From: Eledone cirrhosa
Lineage: Eukaryota
NCBI GenBank assembly: GCA_964016885.1
Contig: OZ024747.1
Location: 6,014,001 to 6,078,000, forward strand
DNA: 64,000 nt
Direction: 5' to 3'
The notes beneath the pieces were generated by a model, which worked only from the letters and a program-made list of their open reading frames with translations, was not told the DNA's origin and did no database searches. Positions 62,980 through 64,000 of the stretch are shown here, piece after piece. How positions within the stretch are numbered: the stretch's first letter is position 1; each line of letters starts with the position of its first letter. A program made the position numbers and the translations under genes.

Positions 62980-63945
62980 TCTACTAGTACTACTACCACC
63001 ACCATTATTACTATTACTACTACCACCACCACCACTACTATTACTACTACCACCACCACCACTACTACTATTACTACCACCACCACCACTACTACTATTA
63101 TTACTACTACCACCACCACTATTACTATTACTACTACCACCACCACTATTACTATTACTACCACCACCACCACTACTACTACTATTAATACTACCACCAC
63201 CACCACTACTACTATTACTACTACTACTACCACCACCACTACTATTACTACTACTACCACCACCACCACCACCACCACCACTACCACTACCACCACCACC
63301 ACTACTATTACTACCACCACCACCACTACTATTACTACTACTACCACCACCACTACTACTACCACCACCACCACTACTACTATTACTACCACCACCACCA
63401 CTACCAGCCCCACTACTATTACTACTACTACCACCACCACTACTATTATTATTACTACTACTACCACTACCACCACCACCACCACTACTACTACCAGCAC
63501 CACCATTACTATTATCACTACTACTACCACCACTACTTCTATTACTACTACTGCCACTACCATTACTACTACTGCCACCACCACCATTACTATTATCACT
63601 ACTACTACCACCACTACTTCTATTACTACTACTGCCACTACCATTACTACTACTGCCACCACCACCATTACTATTATCACTACTACTACCACCACTACTT
63701 CTATTACTACTACTGCCACTACCATTACTACTACTACCAGCACCACCATTACTATTATCACTACTACTACCACCACTACTTCTATTACTACTACTGCCAC
63801 TACCATTACTACTACTGCCACCACCACTATTGCTACTATTTATAAAACCATTTAGCCTACTACTACTACTACTGCCAACACCACTACTACTGCCAACACC
63901 ACTACCACCAATGCTATTGCCACTACCACCACCACTACTACTGTA
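62980..63945. repeat. (ACT/ACC/ATT)n trinucleotide low-complexity array
   Basis: Direct reading; Gly/Ser, Pro/Leu, Thr and Val ORFs arise in all frames. Confidence 0.95.
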
Positions 63946-64000
63946 GCTATGTATGTTCATTCATGTGATTTCTTTCATTGAAACATTGAGTAGTAGTGGG

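Noticed and set aside
62854-63960. Gly/Ser-rich 368-aa ORF and overlapping ORFs
   Set aside because: Simple repeat open in four frames with no recognisable domain

Overview
AT-rich, microsatellite-dense eukaryotic DNA with spliceosomal introns; the SINE repertoire suggests an octopus-like cephalopod (inference). Four spliced host genes can be built by hand: a carbohydrate sulfotransferase (+, four coding exons 18422-26649, start exon not located), protein O-mannose kinase POMK (-, 34459-32623), RPL26 (+, coding 39234-43517, head-to-head with POMK) and the first exon of an attractin-like gene (+, 51214-51470). The rest is three large tandem arrays (31-bp, CA-rich, 42-bp), a decayed Buster-type hAT transposon with TIRs and TSD, mariner, RTE-LINE and Penelope-like fragments, several SINE families and MITEs. 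The most striking non-genic signal is a set of short, mutually divergent modules lodged in (TA)n tracts. They carry minimal hammerhead-ribozyme cores (CTGATGA-stem-GAAAC), long near-perfect palindromes, and a recurrent small hairpin motif (GTACTCAATAC-Nx-GTAGAGT), and are probably Penelope-like-element terminal repeats or their non-autonomous derivatives. All coordinates were read by eye; repeat boundaries are approximate.
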